From Lytechinus pictus (taxonomy: Eukaryota), in the NCBI RefSeq assembly GCF_037042905.1, contig NC_087262.1:13950001-14014000 (forward strand): a stretch of 64,000 nucleotides of DNA, given 5' to 3'. Position numbers and translations under genes: made by a program. The notes under the pieces were generated by a model, which saw only the letters and a program-made list of their open reading frames with translations, was not told where the DNA came from and searched no databases. Below are positions 41,488 to 53,375 of this stretch, piece after piece; within the stretch, counting starts at the first letter, position 1, and every line of letters starts with the position of its first letter.

Positions 41488-42957
41488 AATGGTATTAGCA
41501 CTATAAAGGTGTTGAAGCAAAACCAGCTTATACCAGACAGTATGAAAAAAAACATCGATTTGAATCAAAATGGTATTAGCAATAAGGTGTTGAAGCAAAA
41601 CCAGCTTACACCAGACAGTTTAAAAAAACAACATCGATTTGATTCAAAATGGTATTAGCACTAGGGTGTTGAAGCAAAACAAGCTTACACCAGACAGTTT
41701 AAAAAAACATCGATTTGATTCAAAATGGTATTAGCACTAAGGTGTTGAAGCAAAACCAGCTTACACCAGACAGTATAAAACAACATCGATTTGAATCAAA
41801 ATGGTATTAGCAATAAGGTGTTGAAGCAAAACCAGCTTACACCAGACAGTTTAAAAAACAACATCGATTTGATTCAAAATGGTATTAGCACTAGTGTGTT
41901 GAAGCAAAACAAGCTTACACCAGACAGTTTTAAAAAAACATCGATTTGATTCAAAATGGTATTAGCACTAAGGTGTTGAAGCAAAACCAGCTTACACCAG
42001 ACAGTATAAAAACAACATCGATTTAAATCAAAATGGTATTAGCAATAAGGTGTTTTAGCAAAACCAGCTTACACAAGACAGTATAAACACAACATCGATT
42101 TGATTCAAAATGGTATTAGCACTAAGGTGTTGGAGCAAAACAGGCTTACACCAGACAGTATAAAAACAACATCGATTTGAATCAAAATGGTATTAGCAAT
42201 AAGGTGTTGAAGCAAAACCAGCTTACACCAGACAGTATAAAACAACATCGATTTGAATCAAAATGGTATTAGCACTAAGGTGTTGAAGCAAAGCCAGCTT
42301 AGGCCTACACCAGACAGTATAAAAACAACATCGATTTGAATCAAAATGGTATTAGCACTAAGGTGTTGAAGCAAAACCAGCTTACACCAGACAGTATAAC
42401 ACAACATCGATTTGATTCAAAATGGTATTAGCACTAAGGTGTTGAAGCAAAACCAGCTTACACCAGACAGTATAAACATAACATCGATTTGATTCAAAAT
42501 GGTATTAGCACTAAGGTGTTGAAACAAAACCAGCTTACACCAGACAATATAAAAATACAATATCGATTTGAATCGAAATGGTATTAGCACTAAGGTGTTG
42601 TAGCAAAACCAGCTTACACCAGACAGTATAGAAACAACATCGATTTGAATGGAAATGGTATTAGCACTAAGGTGTTGAAGCAAAACCAGCTTATACCAGA
42701 CAGTATGAAAAAACATCGATTTGATTCAAAATGGTATTAGCACTAAGGTGTTGAAGCAAATCCAGCTTACACCAGACAGTATGAAAACAACATCGATTTG
42801 ATCCAAAATGGTATTAGCACTAAGGTGTTGAAGCAACACCAGCTTACACCAGACAGTATAAAAACAACATCGATTTGTATCAAAATTGTATTAGCAATAA
42901 GGTGTTGAAGCAAAACCAGTTTACACCAGACAGTATAAAAACAACATCGATTTGATT
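41488..42957. repeat. ~77-bp tandem satellite, ~19 units
   Basis: Unit aaatggtattagcactaaggtgttgaagcaaaaccagcttacaccagacagtataaaaacaacatcgatttgaatca. Confidence 0.95.
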
Positions 42958-43212
42958 CTGATTTGGACCGTGAGTTTTCTGTTGTGTGGTCATTTGACAA
43001 AACGAGTTTTTGGAGTGTTGAAAGAAAAATGAAAGCCCTTTTTTATATTAACAATATACTATACACGATTCTTCTCAGGTTACAAAAATAATGTCGAAAA
43101 GGGGAAGTCATCAACATAAAGTTAAACAGCATGCTATAATTTGATTTTTTTTACAGTATATCTGGATTTTGTGTGTGGTTAACATACATGGTATACTGAA
43201 TGCATACATTAA

Positions 43213-43826
43213 AGGACAAGTCCACCCCCAACCAAAAGTTGATTCGAATAAAGAGAGAAAAATCAAACACCATAACACTGAAAATTTCATCAAAATCGGA
43301 GGTAAAATAAGAAAGTTATGACATGAATGATATTTTAAAGATTCGCTTTATTTCACACAACAGTTATACTCACACCCTTGTCGGTATGCAAATGAGGAGA
43401 CTGATGACATCACCCACTTACTATTTCCTTTGTATTTTATTATGTGAAATATGAAATATTACAATTTTTCTCTATTGGCGTGTGAAACAACGATTTATTC
43501 ATCCATGAAAATGTGCAATTAGCATTGTTTAATACAATATTGGTTGAATCAAGTTGGTCCTTATTGTCAAATATGTAAGAAATTAAATATCTTATAATTC
43601 AAATAATAAAAAAAACAAAAGAAATTATGAGTGAGGGACATCGTCGACTGTCTCATTGGCACGCCACTGAGTTGTGCATATCACTGTTTTGTGAAAAATA
43701 AGCGAAAATTTAAAATGTCATAACTTTCTTATTTTACATCCGACTTTGATGAAACTTTCAGTATAATGCTTCCTTAATTTTTCTTTATTTATTCAAATCA
43801 ACATTTTTCTGGGGTGGATTTGACCT
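43213..43826. mobile_element. TTAA-targeting non-autonomous DNA transposon (Kolobok-like)
   Basis: ttaa-aggacaagtccacccc ... ggggtggatttgacct-ctaa with long subterminal inverted similarity. Confidence 0.75.
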
Positions 43827-43925
43827 CTAAGTGGAGTTGCTCTAGTTCACTTCCTCAATGATATGCCTTGATGATGTATGTTATAATGGCTCTCCAATAG
43901 CCAATTAGATTGATCTCCCCATTAT

Positions 43926-44212
43926 TCAATCACATTGAATACAGCAGCAACAATCACTAAGTCTATTAAATGTAACGCCTACTCTTTCTGTCCAACTCAT
44001 TTCCGCGCAGAGAAATCTCCCAAGTTCTTGATGTTGCTCGTGGCTCAGTTGTATTGGTTCATGCGACAGCTGACCTCCAATCAGAACAAGCGATGCACAC
44101 TGGAATGTTGTAGGCTGGGTGTGGCGAAAGTTAGACATTACAAAATGAAGTTTGTCCGGTGAAAGGTCCTTTTCGAGAAAGTCATGGACGATGACTCCCA
44201 CTTTACTTTTTC
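43926..44212 (-). CDS. Array gene copy 3, coding exon 3, 3'-truncated (ends CCCCIQCD*); spliced product 209 aa
   Basis: Near-identical to copy 2 until the duplication breakpoint at ~43927, where TGT becomes TGA. 21+322+287=630 nt. Confidence 0.75.
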
Positions 44213-45480
44213 CTGCATAAGATGAATATTTATTATGATTATCTAAAATGTTTAAGGTGCCCCAAAACAGAAGATAAATACAGTCGGTGAATGAGCTCCT
44301 AAAAAGCTTTAGAGAATGAAGCCCTTGAATAGTTGATTGTCAGCGTTTTGGTGAAAATCTCTTTCTAAGTTTTGTTTCTTTTCTTTTATCAAACCAAGTA
44401 TTACACGTCGAAACATTGACAATATTGGCCGTCCATCAAAGGGTCAATTTTTCTCCCACATGGTATATTTGCTTCCAAAATTTCAACAAGTGGAATATCC
44501 CTGGTAGTTTCGCCTGCATGGCACGATTCAATTGAGGACCAGAGGGCGTATCATGGAAGGTCTCGTCGGACATTTCATCTGACAGGTCCCGTTTCATCCG
44601 ATCGTTATCATGGTTACAGTTCTTCTCAGCCAATTTAAAATCAAGGAAAGTTTTTAGATCTGACAATATATGTCGGACGATAAAATTAATGTTGATTAAA
44701 CGCTTTGCAGAGAGAAGCGTGCCCCGAGGGTCCACATTAACCATGGACCCTACTACGAAGGGTCCATGCATTAAATTATTTACGTTTCGCGTTTTGGAAT
44801 CAGAATCCCATCGCAATCCAAAGAGCAAAGGAGTCACCCCCCCCCCCCCAAGTATACAACCTCCTCTTTGCCCAACCCCTCCCCCCTTCCCCGGCGATAA
44901 TAAGCCCAGTACAATCTATTTCTGCAAGTGGTCCCCCTTAAAATGAAAACCGGATAGATGCCTTTGTCCTTGTTCAGACGCAGGCTGTTTTTTTCGGAGT
45001 TAGGTCGGAAGAAGGGACAGAAGAAATTGCGCAGTGCCCGTCTGGACAGAAGTCGTGGTAAGTTCCTTTACGACCTTCCTCCGACCGAGATACTCCTGAT
45101 TTTTCCGGGAGTATCTTGTTATATCACGACTAGCTGATGCGCGTAGAAGCTTAACACCTCACGACCTCGCGTTAAACTACCGGGTCAAATTGCCAACAGT
45201 TGACAACAGCTCTATCTACTATTAGATTTCCCGCGGAACAATCGTATAAGGTCGTAGTACACGTACACTGCTACTACTTCCTGAAGTTACTCTGACCTTC
45301 CGTAATGGCCCCTGCAAAGGTCGTTGTAAACAAGCCAGAGTTTCTCTCGTGATTGGACTTGTTGACAATGGGTCGTAATAAGATAAATATCTTTGGAATT
45401 TTAATTGCTGCGTAATAAAAGTTTACTCCCACTTTATCGGAACCCACGTCTGAACATGACTTCTAAACAAAATTACGTAC

Positions 45481-45802
45481 CCAAATGTTTCATGGCTCTG
45501 TGAAGGAATCTATCATAAAGTGCACCTCCGACATCAGTTATTGAGAAACTTCTGTTTTCTATGGAGTGGCAGAGAAGAAGGACATCGAGCCTCCTCAAGT
45601 CAAACTTGTCCATTTCATTGATATTGTACGGCAGTGGTTCGAAGTTCACATTTTCAACGACATCCGTCATATTTTGTTCGATGTAATTAATAAGACCAGA
45701 TACTTTTGAGTTTGCTTGCGAAAAGCCATGACAACATACGGTGACCTTCACCTTCCTTTTTACAGAGACAATGCGAATTGAATCAGATTTCTCTCGGGAG
45801 AA
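45481..45802 (-). CDS. Array gene copy 3, coding exon 2
   Basis: 322 nt, 6 substitutions relative to copy 2 exon 2; splice sites intact. Confidence 0.8.
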
Positions 45803-46543
45803 CTGAAATAGAATAAGAGGTAAGCAGCAAGGGCGATCCATCAAATTAGCCGCCAAATAATTTTCTGGGGTGGCTTTATTTGAACCTCTCGATCTCTTGA
45901 TCTAACATGACTACATCAGATTCCTATTTGATGCCAAAAAGTGAAATAAATACTGATGTTTTATTATTACTATATAGGCATATATGATTTAATTATGACG
46001 AATGAATCTAATTGGAATGGAATTTAATTAACAACTTCAACGTTCTTCGCACGCAATCCCTGCCTAGGCCGATGTTATTCTGCTTGAAGCATGAGGAAGG
46101 AAATTAGCAAAACGTAATATCCGGTAAAATAGCAAAAATTGTTTTCATTATTACATTATACAATAGCATGAGAGTTTCCTCATAGTATCTCATGGTGCTG
46201 TTTTTAAAATGAATTCTGGTCTGGAAGAAACCATTTCTTTTAATTCAAGCGCATTAAAAACCCATTTTTCGCTAATATGCCACTTGGGCGGGGTTTCTTT
46301 TCAAATTAGCCAAGTTTAGTAATTAACGCATGCTATCTTAGTTGATTGTAATTTATGAAAAAGCAATCAAAACTCATGTCTGGTTTTGCTATTGATTGAA
46401 TATTGCTAGCTTAATAAAAGGAAATGAAAGCTTTACCCATTAGCGTTCTTTGTGCAATTTACAATTTTTTATAATTCTGATTCTAAAAACAGAGCAAGGG
46501 AAAATAATCAAACAGAGTAATGAGGATATAGAATTAGACCTAC

Positions 46544-46564
46544 TTGTACGGAAGTAGAAGCCAT
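46544..46564 (-). CDS. Array gene copy 3, coding exon 1 (MASTSVQ)
   Basis: Same micro-exon and gtaggt donor as copy 2. Confidence 0.65.
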
Positions 46565-49500
46565 GTTTCCTGCATCCTTTTGACAACAAAATGATCTCCT
46601 CAGAATGGAAAGGCTGAGCTTATCAAGTCTTCAAATTAGATCTGGATCACATGATCGCAGATGATAATACTCAAACCAAATGAAAAGCCAACATGTACAC
46701 ATGATTTATCATTTCGACTGCGTCCGTCGAACGTCCAGGACTCGGGTCAAAGGCCGAGAGTGAAGGAAGGAATCAGCTTGCGCGGCGGAAGGGTTGATGA
46801 CTATATTAAATTCAAGGAAATATATATGGAAGCAACAACAGAATTTGCATATCAAAACTGAAAATGTATAAAACTTACTCGCATGATAAGTTAAAGAAAA
46901 AAAGAGGAAAATTTCTGGGCAACCCAAGGGATGCGGGCATTTTTTCTTGGTCATTCGACGGGGCGGCGCAAGAGGGAGATAGGGGCGCGCGAACGCCTAT
47001 ATGATTTTTCAAGTAGTATAAAAAAGGGAAGGGAAAAAATGTTCATTATTATAAAAAAAATATTGTGTGAATTATTAGTCAATACTCGGATTTCAAAAAT
47101 GATTTATTTTCTTTACTTTTTAAAAGTAACATGAATAAGCCTATTTGTAATGTTATACTGGACATAAACAGGATGAATTCTCTCTTCAAATCGGCCTACT
47201 CGCCCGAAAAGGCTGGATTTTGGTGTTGCAACATCACCCTTTTTGAAATGTGTATCCAACAATTTTATTTTATTTCTTCAAACAAATCCTTCCTGTAGGA
47301 CAGTAGGAGTATACACAATTATACACAAGTATAAAAATATGTAATAAAAATGTGCCAGGATATGCATTGGAAAAAAAATTGTTTTATGATATCGAGAAAA
47401 GGATGGTGTAGCGAAGGAATATTGTCTGTGTGTACCACATAAACAGAAAAGGTATTAAGGGAAACTGATATTATTATAGGTGTATACTTTGAATTTTTCA
47501 TAAGAATAGTAAGAATTTTCTTACAATGTTTTATGTGATTGCCTGAAGACCTTTTTTGCCCCCCTGACGAGCTTGAAGACCTTTATTGCCCCCCTGACGA
47601 GCTTGAAGCTCTTTTTTTTTTTTCCTTGTCAAATCCTTCATTTGTGATTGAAGACCTTTTTTTTTTTTGCTTGTCAAATTTTTTGGCGGACGGTTTTGCC
47701 CCCCCCCCCCCTGTGAAAAATCCTAGGTACGCCACTGACTACAGTTTGAGAGTAGATCGGACTCTACAATGAATCGACACCAGAAAAGAAATCGCCAATT
47801 CCTCCATTGCCAACTCGTGCACTCACCACATGGTCTACCTACATTTAGTCTAAGGCCATTCCGTCCATCAACATTTCGTCTAACAACCATTTGGCCTATG
47901 GTTAAATCATCACTTCGTCTTATCCCCAGTCCGTCCATGACCATTTCGTCTCATAACCAGTTGGTCTAATATTGGTTTTATTTTCATTCATTTCGGCCAA
48001 ATTTACACTTAGTCTAATAAAAACCATACACACCTTTTTTGTTTTCCGTACCTTTCATACCCTTTCCGCGCCTTTTATTGGGGGATTGCACATTTCGAAA
48101 TATTAACTCCACCTACTATGTGACATCTTTCATTATGGATTCACCCTTACCAAATGGGGCAACAATGTCGCAGACGGCGAAACTAACCCAAGACCGATCA
48201 AAACTATTACTTTGCAAAGGCATCGGTCGGTTTCGTTGGTGGAACTAAAGCATTTTGCCACAGTAACATCGGCGAAAATTGACTCCACATCGATCAAATC
48301 TATTACGATATTTCCAATGTCATATCATCGGTCGGTTTGGAGTCAGTTTCATTTGTGTAACTGCGAAATATTGAACGGGATGCTATACTACTTTAGAGAG
48401 TAGTGTATCTTTGTACAACTAATTCTTGAAGGTACATGAGTGTAATTCTAAGGGTGCATCTGTGACCCTCTCTAACACGTTTAAATTTCAATTTTAGTGA
48501 AATGTTTATTTTCTCCCGATTGACATTACGCAAGTTAGATCCCAATTCATATAAAATGAACAAATCAACAGTAATGTAACAATGTATGTAATTTATTTAC
48601 ATGGAAGGAGGCGTAAAAATAGCACCATGTGCTTGTGTCGGGATACGCCTGTAAGAGTACAACTAAACAACAAATACCAAAAGAAAGGGCTACGAGAAGG
48701 GAAATAAATAGAAGAGATGAAAAGAAAAGTGCAAACATAAAGTACAGTTTTTAAAGAACAGCATAAAATTGCACCAAACATCTTTAGATTTACCAAAACT
48801 ATTGCATGATTATATTATATTATAAATATTATTAAATGGAATATTCCCTGCATTTATTGCAGCCTTTGTTATCTGGTTTACTGATTTCTTTTTTTTTTTT
48901 TGGGGGGGGGCAAGCGCCCTTCCAAGCCCCCCCCCCCCCCCCCCATTCGTACGCCACTGGTAGGAAGGGAAATTTCAAAGTTCGTCCTAGCACTCCTCTT
49001 TTGCAGCCCCTACTAGAAGACCTATAATTGTCATCATTTTATTTAGTCTAGCATTCCTAAAGAATTGAACAACATCCCCCTCCCTTCATCAAAGTACACT
49101 ACAGACATGACAGATCAATCTAAGAAATCTCTGAAAACTTACCTCTTTCTTTCTATCTACTTCGTACATGCATTTAAATGGTCATTATGTAGTCTGATGT
49201 GTTTGTAAACACTGTGACATAGTTTTACTATGGAAAGCGTACTAAATGCTGGTTATTATTATTATCATTATTATTAGTGCTATTATTATCATCAGCATCA
49301 TCATTATCGTCTTTAGATATGAACACATTACTACAACTATCTACATGTACACGTATAGAGCCACTTTTGCTTTCTATAAGGTCATATTTCATTCGATTGA
49401 GACGGAGTATGATCAGCTTTGGGGGTCTTTCGCCAAACATGAAGTTGATGAACGGGATGAACCCTTCTTCGATTTGATCTAATTAATGCCCGTTTCAGAT

Positions 49501-49779
49501 TTACCAAATTATAACATAGCACGATGAAGTCAAATATGTCATGAGAAACGGGCATAGTAGCATGACTATCGGAAACTTAATACATGTATATTAAAAATGG
49601 CCTAATTGATTTGAGTATAAACGTAAAATGAAGGAGCTTGCCGAAAAAAAGGCAAAGTTTGTCTAAACTGACGAAAAAAAAAGTACTAAATAAAATGAAA
49701 TGAGTTGAAAAGAATGTTTTTTCGGCGATATCTCGGTTTCTATCTCTCCCTATAAAAATTATATATCTTTTTTTAATTC

Positions 49780-50069
49780 TCAGTTCAGATATCCACATGT
49801 AATAAAGCACACAAGTCTGTAAAGCATCACTTGAATTCTTTCCGACCAAATCTGAGGTGTTGCCGAGCAGAACTGTCGCAGATCAGAGCGCTGTTCATTG
49901 GTCAATTCGACTAGATCATGTGACAGCTGACCTCCAATCAGAACAAGCGATGCACACTGGAACGTTGTAGGCTGGGTGTGGCGAAAAGTAGACATTTTAG
50001 AAGGAATATTGTCCTCTGAAAGGTGATTTTCTGAAAAGTCATGGACGATGACTCCTACCTTACCTTTTC
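49780..50069 (-). CDS. Array gene copy 4, coding exon 3 (GKGKVGVIVHDF...LVCFITCGYLN*); spliced product 204 aa
   Basis: cttttgtgcag|GA acceptor. 18+307+290=615 nt, in frame to TGA. Confidence 0.85.
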
Positions 50070-50157
50070 CTGCACAAAAGACGAAGTATAAGTCGTGTCA
50101 CTTTTTATGGTTTTGATTAAGTCATCACCATTCCATTTAATGATACTGATGAACAAC

Positions 50158-50683
50158 CCCGGGTGGGGGGTCACTCTCCACATGGACTGCTACCCATCCT
50201 AAATGGCGTAACCCATGAGAAAAGCCACCCTAAATGGCGTGAACAGGGAACTCCCCTAATTTGATACCCTAAGTGGCGTAAACATCAAAATCGATGTTAT
50301 ACCTGTGGGCGTGCAGTGCTGCCTAGTATAGAGCCGGGTGTAAGAGACTAATAGGACTGTACGGGTGGTAAATCAAGTGCTGCGCTGGCCGCCTCGGCGT
50401 GTGCGAAGATTATTTTGTATCCCTTAAAATCGCCCTTCATTGTGTTTATGACTTAGGTCTGCTCCCGGGTCTCCTCAAGTTTGCATCCCTAAATGGCGTG
50501 AAGAGAGAAAGAAAAGGCTACCCTAATAGGCGATTTACCAGCGTATGGTGCTGAAATGCAACCCTTTTTGCCAAAGACGTCGACACCGCCCGAGTGCCTG
50601 AAGTGGGACCCTTTTCGACGCTTTTCTGGACGCGGGTGCGTAGCAGGCCGTGTGGAGAGTGACCCCCCCCCCCCCCCCCCCCC
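50158..50683. mobile_element. MITE in intron 2 of copy 4
   Basis: TIR gggggtcactctccaca / tgtggagagtgaccccc; internal ccctaaatggcgt repeats. Confidence 0.75.
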
Positions 50684-51154
50684 GTGTGAACAACCTCTAA
50701 TGTTTATCATGAACCTTATCTTTCTAACGGAATGAATGTTTCTGTCAGTTGTAACAAATCTTTCTGCTTTCAAAATACCATACTCCAGAAAATCGCAACA
50801 CAAAATCATGCGAGAAAATATAAATATCTTACTTTCTTGATCGTTATTTTATCGGGGAATGCCACATGCCACAAAATAATTTCGTACGTAATATGTGAAT
50901 GTGGTTTTGGAAGAACCGACTTCTGGGGACGCTTTCTTACATAATACCCATCAACCGGGGACGTCCTACAACTGAGAGTGTGCTCGGTTCAGATAACCAT
51001 ACCGAAAAATTCCTCATCTCATTTCAATCAGCTAATGACAACGATTTGATTTTAATTCGAATTCGAATGTTAAGCATCCTACACACACGTCCCCACTTTG
51101 GCGGTAAAGGATAAAAGGGTCCCCTTATTGACATAAAACAAGAATATGTGTGTG

Positions 51155-52991
51155 TGTCACATTGAAAATGCATTTATTTTATGTTATTTATTTTCCTCAG
51201 CAAAGCTTGCTTATTTTTATCTAAGTTTCACTCCTAAGCCAGGTTGCTAAGAGACAAGGAGTAGATCTTATGCAAGAGTGAGTAGGAGATGAGAGAAGTG
51301 TGTGTGAGATTCTTTTTGCTAGAATTGAATTGAGATAATTTGCAAATCTATTGTGTGTTGTGTCCAGGGTGGTAGACTTGTATAGGTCCCTTTTAGTGAG
51401 CTCAGTGAGCCTTTTCTTTTTAACAGCTGCTTAAGATACCTTTGGGGGAATTGTAAAATTGGGAGGAGACCCCATTAGCTTTCCACTAGTTTTCTGGCAT
51501 TGCATCTTGGAGACTTTGTGTAACACACACCTATGCAATTTTGGGGCAGTCGCCATTTTAGCTGCCATCTTGATAATTTTTTAATTTCAACTTTAAACAG
51601 AAAAGCAGCCTTTCTTGTTTGATATTGGCTGGAACTTTTAGATACCTGTATGAGGTCATATTTAGCTGAATTTATGCTGTTATTGTATGCCTGTATTGAA
51701 GAAGCCATCGGTAAGTTAATCTGTGATTTCTTCTTAATTCTTTTATTAAAAAAAAAAAAAAAAAAAAGATTGAAAGACTTCAGAGATGATTTGAAATGTA
51801 GATGTAAATCTTTATAAACCTTATGAAACAGTTGAACACTTGTGAGGAAGGATAGGATGTCATTCTACAAGTTTATGTGACAGTGAATTCATACTTTATA
51901 AAATAATATTCTTGAATGTGATTTGACCCTCAGAGTAAATGTTCAAACAAGTTTTTATTAATTATAGTATGACATGAAAATAACCTCCAGTTGATGTTAC
52001 TGTTAGGATATATCGTAGAGAGATTCTTGGTTTTGTCTTTAATTTTAGATGGTTCTAAGATCGGGATATATTCCAAGACCGGATAATTTCCAGGATCGGG
52101 ACATTTCCCAAGACCGGGTCGCTTTGAAGACTGGTGAATTGTTTTAAGCTGAACATTATAAAGTGCTGACTCTGAAGGTTTTCGGTCAACATGTCACCTG
52201 ACAGATAAGTTGTAAAAAGCAGTGAGAGAGAAAGCAGGAGACGTTTCGTTAAATTTGAAACTAGAAAGCTTTCTAAATACCAGGAAGTCTTGCAAATTGA
52301 CATTTCAGAAAATAGACATTGATTATGAAGATGACCGAACATGAACAGTTTGATAGTGAGAAGAGTTTATTCGAATTTGAATCCGCGTAAGATATGATGT
52401 CGATTGACAGAGTTTTGAGCTAGAATTTAGGTGCATATTTTTTAAAGCTCAAGTTCAGGAGTTAGAAGGATTTTGAAATGTAATCACAAAAATGTTGTGA
52501 TAAGAGATACAAAGTGGTGAGAATGGAATTCTATGAAGGTGGATTAATGCAGGATCCTTTCATAGGAATTTTTGGTAGTCGTTATTGTGAAAACAAAATG
52601 AAACAAAGTTAAAGGTCTAATTGATATTTTTGGAGGTAATTTTGCAGGTGAAAATGTAATACATTGAACGTTGAAGTTGGTGATTAGATCGGTGCAGGAT
52701 CTCTTCAGTTATATTGGAGTTAGAGACAGATCGAGAGTTGAATGTTATAGCTTGGATCAATGCAGGATCCTTTGATTGTAAACTTGTGAATTAGAATACT
52801 TTTCAGAATACTTTATCATTTAGAGGTGTTACAGTTTTATTTCCCTTTTAAACTTCATACGTTGGACAATATTGAACTTCGAAGAGAGATGTTTTGATAT
52901 TGGAGTTTTGTATACTGAAATAAATTGTAAATTGTGATTTGGTACACATTGAGTTTTACTTGAATTTTATTTGGAGTCCGCCCATGTGACA
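51155..52991 (+). mobile_element. Putative 1.84-kb solo LTR in intron 2 of copy 4
   Basis: TGTCACAT...ATGTGACA termini, GTGTG on both sides (within a TG microsatellite), AATAAA at ~52919, no long ORF. Confidence 0.65.
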
Positions 52992-53068
52992 GTGTGTGAT
53001 GGGTGCGTGTGTTGTGTGTGCGTATGCGTGTTTGAAGTAGCTTGGAACTGGCTCTTAAAATACCATAC

Positions 53069-53375
53069 CAAAATATTTCTTAGCCCTTGGCAGGAATCTA
53101 TCATACAACGCATCTGTGACGTCAGTTATTGAGAATCGTCTGTTGTCTATGGAGTGGCAGAGTAGAAGGACATCGATTCCTCTCAAATCGAACTTGTCAA
53201 TGTCGCTGATGTTGTACGGGAGGGATCTAAATTCCACCTTTTCCACAACATCGGGTAACTTTTGTTGGATGTACTGGATAAGGCCCGATACATCTTCCAT
53301 CAAACTAGAACTGCATACAGTAACCTTCACTCTCCTTGTTGGTGGAACAAGACTAGTTGTTTCACCCTTCATTTT
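53069..53375 (-). CDS. Array gene copy 4, coding exon 2 (KMKGETTS...RAKKYF-G)
   Basis: tttcacaatag| acceptor, G|gtatgg donor; family motifs present. Confidence 0.85.

Larger units (their letters stand above)
43927..49514. repeat. Segmental duplication unit B (contains copy 3)
   Basis: Co-linear with 32781-39783; lacks several MITE insertions present in unit A. Confidence 0.95.

Noticed and set aside
41488-42957. Possible CRISPR array or repeat-protein ORFs (42417-43000)
   Set aside because: Units are contiguous with no unique spacers, there are no cas genes, and the context is eukaryotic. The ORFs are translations of the satellite.
43926-43928. Functional link between the UCA tRNA and the TGA stops of copies 1, 3 and 4, or selenoprotein read-through
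   Set aside because: No conserved reading frame beyond the stops and no SECIS recognised; copies 2 and 5 use TAA and TAG.
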